DNA of 63,599 nucleotides, counting the filler, from Pelomyxa schiedti (Eukaryota > Protista > Evosea), in the NCBI GenBank assembly GCA_020536535.1. It is 9 parts of 9 records of this genome, joined end to end, with 100 filler letters (N's around TTAATTAATTAA, not from the genome) between each part and the next. Parts side by side here need not be neighbours in the genome. Positions count along the whole stretch, not along the records: positions 1 to 13,759 come from JAHLWZ010001185.1; 8 more parts are not named here. One strand, given 5' to 3'. The position numbers were made by a program, and so were the translations under genes. This document shows, piece by piece, positions 1 to 9,707 of this stretch. Every line of letters starts with the position of its first letter. Positions within the stretch are counted from its first letter, which is position 1. A model generated the notes under the pieces. The model ran no database searches, was not told the DNA's origin, and saw only the letters and a program-made list of their open reading frames with translations.

Positions 1-373
1 AGGCACGGGAATTGCAACACACATCATGGACGGTGCAGTGGATATATTTCGAGTATCTGATGCGCTGTTCTGTGTGTCAGTCCGAACAAACAGGCTGCAT
101 GAATGGTTCCAAATCCGTCACCGTGACAGGCCCACCAAGTCAGAGAATTATCTTGAGGGACTCAATCACAGCAAGGAAAACAAAGGGAAACACGTGAGGA
201 GGTTCTTGGCAGAGTCTGGGTTCATCTTCAATGTGTTTGCCAACAATGTGGCCGTCATTGAGCCAACCACAGGGCTGTTTGTCCTCACAATGAGATTTGC
301 TCGGTACAGCTCAATCGACATCACCACACCCTTCTCCTGTCATCTCTTCACCCAATCAGAGGGAGGTATTTAG
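1..373 (+). CDS. 3' part of an HPRCG-box family protein (5' end outside the window), near-identical paralog of 7875-9230
   Basis: Matches 8858-9230 at all but 8 of 373 nt; encodes the family C-terminus ...FLAESGFIFNVFANNVAVIEPTTGLFVLTM... Confidence 0.8.
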   Translation, partial: GTGIATHIMDGAVDIFRVSDALFCVSVRTNRLHEWFQIRHRDRPTKSENYLEGLNHSKENKGKHVRRFLAESGFIFNVFANNVAVIEPTTGLFVLTMRFARYSSIDITTPFSCHLFTQSEGGI

Positions 374-882
374 TGATTTGAGAGATATGCTTTTGCCATC
401 AAAAAAGACCCAGCTTGAAATAGCACATACGTGAATGCAATCACATTTTCAGTGGTGAACAGTGTAAGAGTTGATGTATCGTTTCTTAGTTCCTTTTCTA
501 CCTGGGTGGCAAAGGTTAGTTTGGCTTGGCACACTAGTGATTCCCTCAGTCCCCGGGCTCCACGACAACGGCCCCTGCTGGTACCGGGGCGTCCTGCATC
601 AGAGCCTGCAGCACGCTGCAAGACAGGTCCCAGCCTTGCTGGTCACCATCTGTCACATGGTTTTGACATGGGTCATGCAAAAGGAAATCAAGTTCACGGA
701 AATCTAGATTCGTTACCAGCCTGACAATCTTTTGTTGCAGTGATCCAGGTGGCTGCCTTTGTTACCAGTCTTCCTGGCTATTGCTCCATGCATAGGGGTG
801 GGTGTAGCAACTGATGCAGGCACTTGGTTTTTTTTTAATGTAGTTGGAGATTCCAGTCCCATGATTGAAAAAACACCAAAGA

Positions 883-2100
883 TCAATGCCACCAAAAGGA
901 GGATGGGGTGGCGATGCTTAGATGCTGGAAACCAGGGCAATTGATGACAAGGATAACGCACCCTGATGTTGGCTCAATCACTTCGATGATGGTGGAAAAC
1001 GAGTTGAAGATGAACCCTGACTCGGCTGTCACATGGAATCTCTTCCTTGAGGTGGATGTCAGCTGTCCAAGAGTCAGTGGATGTGCGGGGTTTTCTCGGT
1101 GATAGATGCTGAACGACTCTTGAAGGGTATTCCTGCAGCAGGACACACAGAACAGGGAATCGGACAACCGAAACACATCTTCCACGTTCTTGGACTGGAT
1201 CACAGTTGGTTTGGGGGAGATTGCTGCCTCTGGGAAGTGCAGAATCTCGAACCTCAGCCGATTCCAGGAGAGCTTCACCAGGAAAGTGCGTGACCCATAA
1301 GCGGGAGAAAACAGGTCATCCCAGTTCCTCATCACCACCACAGAGTAGAAGTTGTGCTGCTCCGAGGGGAACTCGCACCTCGTTGTGCTCAAAACAGCCA
1401 GCTTCTTGCTCTCACACGTCTCCTCCATGTCAACAACAACCACCACAACGCAGCTCTGAGTGACTTGAGCAACGACAACCTCACAGTCGACAGACTGGTC
1501 CACAAAGGCACGACAAGTGATGCACCCATTCACCATCGGCATGTCGACAACAACAGCACGTTCCACGTCACAGTGCGGTGCGCGGCCTGTGCTGATCGCC
1601 CCTCCCATAAGTGGAGCAACTGTAAGGCTGCCGCTGATCACCTCCTTTCCTCTTCTTACGAAGTTTCCCACCGATGCCACCCACTTGGTGTTGTAGGCGG
1701 TGCTGTCATCTCGAATCTGATTGTGGGAGGAGGGGCTGCTTGCCCACAACGGCAGGGCCTTGTACACTGGGCTGAAATCGAGTGGGGGCACAGATGACGG
1801 CTCACGAAAAATGCTCATCAGCAGGGGTGACAGGGCGAAGGAAACAGCGACCTCCTTCTGCCTGAGTGCCCCGTCGCGGAGGGCCAATCCACACACATCC
1901 AGCACGAAAAGCCTGATTGTGGGAAGGACGACGTCGAACCACAGGATGCGGAGGAACGACGACGCGTGGTCCCGTCCCATAACTCTCTGCATGGGGCTGT
2001 TGGCACCACACCGATTCACCGTCGCTCCTGCTGCGAGTGCTCCAAGTTGGCCTCGGGTTGTGATGGCGCCGGTTGGGCGTGTAGCGTTCTCTGTGTACAT
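883..2100 (-). CDS. HPRCG-box family protein, intronless, 405 aa
   Basis: N-terminal TTRGQLGALAAGATVNRCGANSPMQRVMG...LWFDVVLPTIRLFV; C-terminal AESGFIF..VIEPTSG shared with 7875-9230 and 11291-12721. Confidence 0.8.
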   Translation of the reverse strand: MYTENATRPTGAITTRGQLGALAAGATVNRCGANSPMQRVMGRDHASSFLRILWFDVVLPTIRLFVLDVCGLALRDGALRQKEVAVSFALSPLLMSIFREPSSVPPLDFSPVYKALPLWASSPSSHNQIRDDSTAYNTKWVASVGNFVRRGKEVISGSLTVAPLMGGAISTGRAPHCDVERAVVVDMPMVNGCITCRAFVDQSVDCEVVVAQVTQSCVVVVVVDMEETCESKKLAVLSTTRCEFPSEQHNFYSVVVMRNWDDLFSPAYGSRTFLVKLSWNRLRFEILHFPEAAISPKPTVIQSKNVEDVFRLSDSLFCVSCCRNTLQESFSIYHRENPAHPLTLGQLTSTSRKRFHVTAESGFIFNSFSTIIEVIEPTSGCVILVINCPGFQHLSIATPSSFWWH

Positions 2101-2255
2101 CTGTACAGTTTCCAGTTGTTATCTGATTTAGTGTATCTCCAACCTGTAGGTTTGGGAGTAATCTCCCTGTGGTATCATACCACTGGTACGTGACAGAAAA
2201 ACTCAGGGGATTGATTCTCTGGCTCAGTAAAATTTTTGGCTTTTAAAAGAAACGT

Positions 2256-3900
2256 TCACCTTTTCCACCAATGCTTTTTGGTCTTTGCTTCATGAGTCTT
2301 CACAGTTGCTTTAGCACCAGTCTTCACAGCCACTTTAGGTTTCCTATGACCCTTGACGAAAGGTTTCATATCCACCTTGACGTCAGGTTTCATATCAACC
2401 TTGACGTCAGGTTTCATATCCACCTTGACGTCAGGTTTCATATCACCCTTGACGAAAGGTTTCATATCCACCTTGACGTCAGGTTTCATATCAACCTTGG
2501 CCTTTCTCACCATACCCCCAGATTTTGATGATGAAGATGAGAATGAAAGCTTTGGAAGTCCAATACCTATCTTGAGTCCTCTGTTTCCTTTCCCAGAGCC
2601 AGATTTGGATTCAGAAGAAGACTTTGACTTGCTGCCAGTTTGAGGAATCTTGACACACAGTGCCTTGGAGTCAACCTTGACATCAGCAATGTTGGTTTTG
2701 GGTGGCTGGTGGTAAGTGTATCGCACTGATGCAAAGTTGTTGTTGAGTACCTGCCTGAGTGCCTGGGTGTTGACGTGGTGCATGACATTTTTTGCTGAGA
2801 GGCATGGTGTCATTGCTCCTGATGATGTGAGCTGTGTGCACTCAGAAAGTGTTTCCTTCAGCTTCTTGTCTGCGGCAATAAGGCTCACTACGTCGTTGGA
2901 CTTGGCGATTTCATGTGCTATGGTGATTGTTCTTTTGTGTGTTGACATGCACACCTCGAGGCACTCTTTGTGTTCTTTCAGGTGTGACTCTGTGTTGTTC
3001 GTTGGTTGGTTGAGTTTCAAAACTGAATTGGTGGGAATGGGATTGGTATACCAATCAAAGATGAAAGCAAAGTGCAGTCTGCAACCACATCGTGGAGATT
3101 CTGTTTAATGGAATGTAAGATTGCCTCCTTCTCTGACTCAACGTTGGAGGTGATTGAGTGAAGCAACTGTTCAGACTCCAAAATGGAAGCCTCACATTTT
3201 TTTATTGCTTCACTTTCAAGTGCAACTGATTCTACAAGTTTGGAAGTCGCACCTGCATGCAAAACAATTGGCTTCTTTCTTTCTTTTTGAGCAAGGTAAA
3301 AAGTACACACTCAAGAGTGATTCACGGATCTGAGAGGTAACTTCATCAAGTGGGACACACTTGTGAGCTGAGTGCGCTGAACTGAATGCGCACAGTGCAC
3401 ATATCGGTTCCCTCTCCTCCAAACAGAACAGATCGAGGTCCTTCTTTGGGTGTTTGGGGCACATGTGTTCCTCAGTCAAAACTGGTGACATGGGTATCGG
3501 CTGGCCCTTGTTGTGAGGTTGGAGGGGAAATCAAATTTGATTCAAAAAAAAGAGGCACACCTTGTGGGACTTGATTCCAGGTGCTTTATGACGGATGTGG
3601 AAGCACGACTCACAGAACAACATCCCTTTGCACCGCAGGCAAGTCAACGTCGCTTTCTTGGCAACTGAGTTCTCATCAATGCAATACCCAAGCTGCACAT
3701 ATTTCTGTGTTGCGCACGTGGACAGAGATGCCGATGACACCGACTGTGGGGCGCATCCAGGCAATGCAGCAAGTGTTGCCACGGACGCTATGTGGTTGTA
3801 GCACCCACGGCAAACCAGGTGCCCACATGATCCCGACTGCGACGCCGAGGCCGTGGAGGTGGTTGTTGTTGCTATTGTTGTTGTTGTTGTGGTGGTGGTG
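2256..3900 (-). CDS. TRIM-like tandem B-box/coiled-coil protein with a C-terminal 8-aa repeat tail; multi-exon, start codon unresolved
   Basis: CGHLVCRGC (half RING); B-box ATLTCLRCKGMLFCESCFHIRH..H; B-box CPKHPKKDLDLFCLEEREPICALCAFSSAHSAH; coiled coil; GT-AG introns join ORFs 3531-4100, 3216-3491, 3017-3310 and 2256-3020. Confidence 0.7.
2351..2500. repeat. Coding 24-bp tandem repeat, about 6 copies (DVKVDMKP / FVKGDMKP on the minus strand)
   Basis: Unit ccttgacgtcaggtttcatatc(c/a)a is directly visible, with variant ccttgacgaaaggtttcatatcca. Confidence 0.95.
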
Positions 3901-4683
3901 GTGGCGGCGGTGGTAGCAGTTGTGGGTTTGTTTCCAGGCACCTGGTGAGTGCCAGGTCGTTCTGTAGTTAGGTATCGGTTTCTTTGTTCATTGTTTTTAA
4001 TTTTATTTAGTGTTGTCAGTCTTTTGTTGTTGCCGACAGTGTACCCCTGTTCCTCTTGCGTCTGCTGTTGTTTCCTCGGTTTTGTTTTGTTTTTCCCCAA
4101 ACTGTTGAAGCAACGCTTCAGTCAATTCTTTTTGTTTTGCTTTGTCTCGTGTTTTTTAAGCTTCGTTTAGCTAGTTAGTCTTGTTTTTATTCTTGTTCTC
4201 ACATCAACACAGGAGGAGAAGGGGCACAGCAGTATGTTTCCATTTCTCTTCTCTGCTTTTCTTTTTCGACTTCTCACATGTGAAAACCAGGTGGTGGTTG
4301 TAGACGTCAGCGGAATGTGTTTGCAGCAAACCGGTATTTCCTCGCCTCCCATCCTGTATTTTTTTTTTTTCATTCAACTTGTGTTGAAATGGGTCTTCTG
4401 TTATCCTCCTTTTTTTTCTTTTTCGATTTCTGCGGCATCCAAGACAGACTTGAACTGCAGGTATCTTCTCCATTTTTCGTTTTCGATTTCTCACTTTATA
4501 ACAGGTAGAACTGTCAGGCTGCTGCGAAAGACAAGTTCGCTTCCTTTTTTTTTTTTTGACTTTTTCTCCAAGGTACATTCCCTTTTTATTATCACCCCAC
4601 TCAACAACAACAGGACCCTGGATGGGCTGACGAACTGAGTGCCATGTCAGGCTTTACTTCCGCCTCCACCCACTTCACTAACA

Positions 4684-4745
4684 CTCCCGCTCTCCCGCTC
4701 TCCCGCTCTCCCGCTCTCCCGCTCTCCCGCTCTCCCGCTCTCCCG
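4684..4745. repeat. 8-bp tandem repeat (CTCCCGCT)n, about 7.5 copies
   Basis: Directly visible between two divergent genes. Confidence 0.95.
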
Positions 4746-4974
4746 TGCTCTTCCAATTTTCTTGGAATAAACTGCTGTAACTGGGCTCAGCCGCAAGCTC
4801 AGTGGCTAACGCGATTTTTGGTTGGAAACAATGTGCAAAGTGATGAAGACGACGGGTGCTCCGACTCGTCACAGCTCTCCCAGCTTACACGGTTGGTCTC
4901 TTCCGGTAATGGAATTGTTTTCGACTTGGGTTTTGTTTACTCTTCCCTTTGAAAAAAAAATAAGAACAACCAAC

Positions 4975-7545
4975 ATGTTGGGTGCTGAGTACACTAGCGA
5001 TTACGACGGCTACCAAGACGATGATGCCGTAGCAGCTGTTTTATTCATCCACGACCACAACAACAAATCCGACGATCTTCTGCAGAAAATAGGAACCGTC
5101 GTGTCGCAAGCTGGGGGCTGTGGTGTTCTCCAAAAATGCTCAGAGTACCAGGCTGAAATAGAGGCCACACTGCTTTCGATGCTTGATCCTCTAATTGGGT
5201 GTGAACGTGGACTGTCTTATCGGGCTGTGTGCACCATCGTCGAAAATTTCTGGCTGTATATGTGTGATATTGGCCAAAGCCCTGAATTCTTGTGGAAGAA
5301 AAAGGAGATTGTGGGAGTGGGTGTGACTGATGGAATGAGTCACGGTCACAGGCGACACTTTGACTTGGTGGCTTGTGCTTGTGCAAATAAAATAGTCGAT
5401 TCCTTCATTTCAGAGTTTGAGGTGCTCTATGACATGATGCCTGCATATGTTGGGCCGTTCATGGGAAGGTTGTTTGAGATGGCTTCAAGGGACCTGCATC
5501 AGAGTCTGGCTCCACATTGCACAGCTTTGAAAAAGTCAATAGTAATTCTGAAGAAGTTGATGTGGGTTCCACACTGCAGGCACTTGTTCATTCCATTTGC
5601 AAACCAACTGCAGGTGATTCTAGACCATGTCAGAACGGAACTACTAGATAATTCAACGAATGAAATGCTCACCTGCTGTGTGAACCTTGTTTCAGTTCTG
5701 CCTCAGTTTGTTCAAGATTTCTGCAATTCCTATCTCTCTAGAGCCGTAAAAGACATTGGCATACTTCGGAGATGGGTGTGGGGATGGGACATATTACCCG
5801 TTTGGACCACAGAGGATGTTGTTGATTTTCTCAAGCAAAGGAATATTACATTCCACCTTATCACAAGCCTGCTCCAGGCTTGTTGTAAGGAAGAAAGTCC
5901 TTCAATTTCATTGACCATGTTCTTGAAGTGGGGTTTCCTAGCTGATACTGTACTATCCAACTTCATCGAGGAAATTCTTCCCATGTTTGGCATGCTATGC
6001 TCTGTGGATCCACAGAATGGGCACAAGGGTATTCTCCAGTTTGTTGAGGATCACATTGAAAGAAGCAACTTGGTTCTCAAGTCTTATTCAGCATTGATGC
6101 TAATTCCAGTGATTTTCACAGGAGGAGCCGTTGATGAAAACGTTTTGATGAAGGCCCTCATGTTTGCATGCTCTGATGGTTCACCACCAATTCTTGAAGT
6201 TCTGTTCTCATTGAAGGAAGTGTTTGACATGGTGACTTCCACAGGCGCAATTGAACTCTTGTTTGAGAAGGCATTGGAGAGGCACAACAAAGGGAGTGAT
6301 GGGTTGCTGTTTCAGATGTTGAAGCTCTGTGCTGTTCGAGTCAGAAATCTTCTTTTCAGAAACGCAACTGTGGAATTCATTACACCAATTCAAAACAGCC
6401 AAGAAGCAGAAGCACCCAGAAAACGGCCCTTGGAAGAAAGGACAAGGAATTATGTTAGTGTGCTTGAGGTTTATTATTCACGCCAAAATGTGGAGACTTT
6501 CAACAGGGGCCTCTCATTTACAGTGGCAGTGTCATCCATTCATTTGGAACCAGACAGTGTCAATTACTGCTTTCTTTTGGTGGCGGCATCAGCACACATC
6601 GTTGGTTCCCAAAGATTTGGTGATTCTAACCTCTGTGATTCCTCACACTTCACCAACCTCATGACACAGTGCTGTTATTACTCGCCAAGTATGATTGAGG
6701 AGAATGAAGAAGTTGTTCTGTCTCTTCTGAGGAATGTCACTGACAGAAGGGCATTCATGCAAGAAATCCTTTACAAGTGCAAGAGAAATTCCGACATGGA
6801 ACAGAAGTGGTGCCCTCTGCTGAGTGCAGTGTTGTTCAGCGAAATCCAGCCGCTTATTCCAACAGAGCCAAGGAAGTTGCCTCGTGCGCTTTCTAATGTT
6901 GAACAGTCCAGTGGAGGTCAGGATAACATCCAGCAACTTATCCTTCAGTGGCCCTCAATCACTGACTGCTTTGACAATGTTCTGCGGTGGCTGTTGACTA
7001 CTGGTGGCAGTTCATCTACATTGACAAGGCTCTTCATGGTGTGGCCAGTGGACCCAACAAAGGTAACCTTTGAAGTCTTGGGTGAAAAACAATCAGTGAC
7101 ACAGTGGGCAATGAAGTCAGGAGATTTTGGTTTGATTCGGCAGCTTCTCCCGTTGTGTAAACCAGGACACATTCCATCTAGTCTCATTGTTGACGCAGTT
7201 GAACGTGGCTTCCGTGGCATTGCTGATTTGCTGTTGTGCCATGGTGTGTGCATTCCTGAATCTACGCTGAATGATGGGAGCACACTGAAAATCCAAGGAC
7301 AACCAGTTGATGCGCATCACCCAAGTGTGTGGCGGTTCTTCAACAGCACACCAAAGTGGGATCCTCAACAACACCGACGGTTCCCGTGGTGGTTCAAGGT
7401 TCACATCCTCAAGACTGTTCTCCTCTGTTGGCTCCACAGTGCCACATCTGAATCAGGATATCAACAGGGGCATTTTATTGGAAGGTTGTCACAAGCCAAT
7501 GTGCACCACATTCTTTCATTCCTTTCCCCTGTCCATTGGCACTGA
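4975..7545 (+). CDS. Large intronless helical protein (about 856 aa) with ankyrin-like repeats and a C-terminal WxPxxHxxFP...L..ILSFL box
   Basis: Uninterrupted ORF 4822-7545; ATG 4975 follows an A-rich leader; WAMKSGDFGLIRQLL and AVERGFRGIADLLLCHG are ankyrin-like. Confidence 0.7.
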   Translation: MLGAEYTSDYDGYQDDDAVAAVLFIHDHNNKSDDLLQKIGTVVSQAGGCGVLQKCSEYQAEIEATLLSMLDPLIGCERGLSYRAVCTIVENFWLYMCDIGQSPEFLWKKKEIVGVGVTDGMSHGHRRHFDLVACACANKIVDSFISEFEVLYDMMPAYVGPFMGRLFEMASRDLHQSLAPHCTALKKSIVILKKLMWVPHCRHLFIPFANQLQVILDHVRTELLDNSTNEMLTCCVNLVSVLPQFVQDFCNSYLSRAVKDIGILRRWVWGWDILPVWTTEDVVDFLKQRNITFHLITSLLQACCKEESPSISLTMFLKWGFLADTVLSNFIEEILPMFGMLCSVDPQNGHKGILQFVEDHIERSNLVLKSYSALMLIPVIFTGGAVDENVLMKALMFACSDGSPPILEVLFSLKEVFDMVTSTGAIELLFEKALERHNKGSDGLLFQMLKLCAVRVRNLLFRNATVEFITPIQNSQEAEAPRKRPLEERTRNYVSVLEVYYSRQNVETFNRGLSFTVAVSSIHLEPDSVNYCFLLVAASAHIVGSQRFGDSNLCDSSHFTNLMTQCCYYSPSMIEENEEVVLSLLRNVTDRRAFMQEILYKCKRNSDMEQKWCPLLSAVLFSEIQPLIPTEPRKLPRALSNVEQSSGGQDNIQQLILQWPSITDCFDNVLRWLLTTGGSSSTLTRLFMVWPVDPTKVTFEVLGEKQSVTQWAMKSGDFGLIRQLLPLCKPGHIPSSLIVDAVERGFRGIADLLLCHGVCIPESTLNDGSTLKIQGQPVDAHHPSVWRFFNSTPKWDPQQHRRFPWWFKVHILKTVLLCWLHSATSESGYQQGHFIGRLSQANVHHILSFLSPVHWH

Positions 7546-7874
7546 TAATACACTGATAGGTAGTACACTGATCCTTTTTATTTCTATCTCAGCACCAAAT
7601 TTCCTTGTTAATTTGTACAATTCATAGACCAAGGGTGGGATGGTTAGAGAATGGCGAGACGTTTTTCCCTTTCACAGCCGTGGGTCAGTTTGTTGCCCTT
7701 ACGTCGTCGTCGCACCCTCGTTGTGGTGCGTGCACGCATCATCTGCTGCGTGGGCCTGGGAGAACTTGGTGCCCGAACGACGTGGCATTGCCTGGTCCCA
7801 TAACTCGTTTGTTGAAGTTGTTGCCATCATCAGAACGTTCTGTTCCCAGAATCGAAAAACACGACGTTTCGTTT

Positions 7875-9230
7875 ATGGCCACGTGGAGAGTCGCAGATGC
7901 TACGGGCACTGCGGACATTGAAGCAACCATCACCACGCGCAGCCAACTTGGCGGGCTCGCAGCGGGCGCTACGATCGAGCGGTGCGGAGGAGCCAGCGCG
8001 ATGCAGCGAGTTATGGGACTCGGCCCCGCCACCTCGTTCGTCCGCGCGCTGTGGCGCGACCTGGTGCGTCCCACAATCCGCTTCTTCGTCGTCCAAGTGT
8101 ACGCGTACGACCGAGGTGCCAGCACGAGGTGCCGCTTCCCCAGCGTCTTCAGCGTCTGCTTCAGCCTCTCCCCTCTTCTCCTCAGCGTCTCCTCGGCCCC
8201 CGGCCCCGCGCTGCTCCCCATCTGTTTCACCAGGTGGGTCGACGCCACCCGCATAGCACTGGACTCCAAGGCGCACGAGGGCCGCTTCGTTCTCGCCATC
8301 AAGAACACGGGCACAGGCTCCGAGGTCACGTGCGTGCGCGGGCCCCCGAGTTCCGCCGCCGAGCACGGCCACGAATTTTCCGTGAACGCCAAGTGGGCGG
8401 CCGTAGTGAGGTATGACAGAAGGGGTGAAAGCACAGAACATCCCACGTTGACAGTGGCTGGGATAAAGAAGAAGGAGGGAGAGGCTACCACCGCTGCTGC
8501 TGCTGCTGGTGGCCAGAAATGTGTTGTTGTGGAGATGCCTGTGGTGGACTGCTGCGAGTGCCCGTACTGTGCACGGCAGGTGCAGATGTTCGCGGACCAG
8601 CATGCTGAGAGCCAGGTTGTTGTGACTCACTCGAGAAAGGACGGCTCTGTCACCTCCATTTTCGTTGTTGACCTGGAGGAGACATATGACAGCGGGAGCC
8701 TGGCCCTTGTGAGCACAACAACCTGTGTCTTGCCGACCTCGTTTGAGTCTCTGATTGTGCTCAGGAACCCACGTAGTGGCAGCTCCCACAACCAACGCAC
8801 CTTCATTGTCAGAACGTGCAAGAGCAAATGGACCTTTGGTGTGTGGCACGTGGAGGAAGGCACGGGAATTGCAACACACATCATGGACGGTGCAGTGGAT
8901 ATATTTCGAGTATCTGATGCGCTGTTCTGTGTGTCAGTCCGAACAAACAGGCTGCATGAATGGTTCCAAATCCGTCACTGTGACAGGCCCACCAAGTCAG
9001 AGAATTATCTTGAGGGACTCAATCACAGCAAGGAAAACAAAGGGAAACACATGAGGAGGTTCTTGGCAGAGTCTGGGTTCATCTTCAATGTGTTTGCCAA
9101 CAACGTGTCCGTCATTGAGCCAACAACAGGGCTGTTTGTCCTCACAATGAGATTTGCTCGGTACGGCTCCATCGACATCACCACACCCTTCTCCTGTCAT
9201 CTCTTCACCCAATCAGAGGGAGGTATTTAA
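7875..9230 (+). CDS. HPRCG-box family protein, intronless, about 451 aa
   Basis: First in-frame ATG of ORF 7605-9230; TTRSQLGGLAAGATIERCGGASAMQRVMG...LWRDLVRPTIRFFV; internal NAKW, VVDLEETY and AESGFIF motifs. Confidence 0.8.
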   Translation: MATWRVADATGTADIEATITTRSQLGGLAAGATIERCGGASAMQRVMGLGPATSFVRALWRDLVRPTIRFFVVQVYAYDRGASTRCRFPSVFSVCFSLSPLLLSVSSAPGPALLPICFTRWVDATRIALDSKAHEGRFVLAIKNTGTGSEVTCVRGPPSSAAEHGHEFSVNAKWAAVVRYDRRGESTEHPTLTVAGIKKKEGEATTAAAAAGGQKCVVVEMPVVDCCECPYCARQVQMFADQHAESQVVVTHSRKDGSVTSIFVVDLEETYDSGSLALVSTTTCVLPTSFESLIVLRNPRSGSSHNQRTFIVRTCKSKWTFGVWHVEEGTGIATHIMDGAVDIFRVSDALFCVSVRTNRLHEWFQIRHCDRPTKSENYLEGLNHSKENKGKHMRRFLAESGFIFNVFANNVSVIEPTTGLFVLTMRFARYGSIDITTPFSCHLFTQSEGGI

Positions 9231-9707
9231 AAAAAATTCCCCCCTTCGTTATTTCTGGGTTTCGTTCTGAATGTCGTGTGTGACCATGCTTTTGTTGTTG
9301 GCGGGAGAAAAACGGGGAGTGTGGCCTCGATCACGGTGGTGTGACAGCGTGGTTTGGGTGTCAGGACAAGTCCACCACGTTCTGGGGTGTGACGTCTATT
9401 AAAGTCACTGCAACACGACAGTAATGTGCCTCAACACAAATGTGCACCTCATCACCAACACACACTCATGATTTTCTCTGACATCATCCGTCGTCACGAG
9501 GGAGCACGCACTACAAAGTGTACACAGTTTGTGCATGCTCCACATCAGCATCGCTGTAACTTCGTTCAACGTCCTCTTCGTCAAAGAAGTGATCACAATT
9601 TTCTTCTGTTAGAGGCAGGTGAACTGATGCCATCAGTTCTACTAAACGACTACACAAACAGAACAAAAAAAATCCCTTTCTCTCACCCCATTCCTCACCC
9701 CAAACTG

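Noticed and set aside
2351-2500. Regular repeats resembling a CRISPR array
   Set aside because: Contiguous 24-bp coding tandem repeat with no unique spacers and no cas genes; eukaryotic context.
7739-8879. Long antisense and alternative-frame ORFs (also at 11987-12788, 13949-14564 and 15840-16801)
   Set aside because: Shadow ORFs caused by stop-codon scarcity in GC-rich 5' coding regions.
9405-9596. Minus-strand AMLMWSMHKLC as another HPRCG-box remnant
   Set aside because: Similarity is too weak to distinguish from chance.
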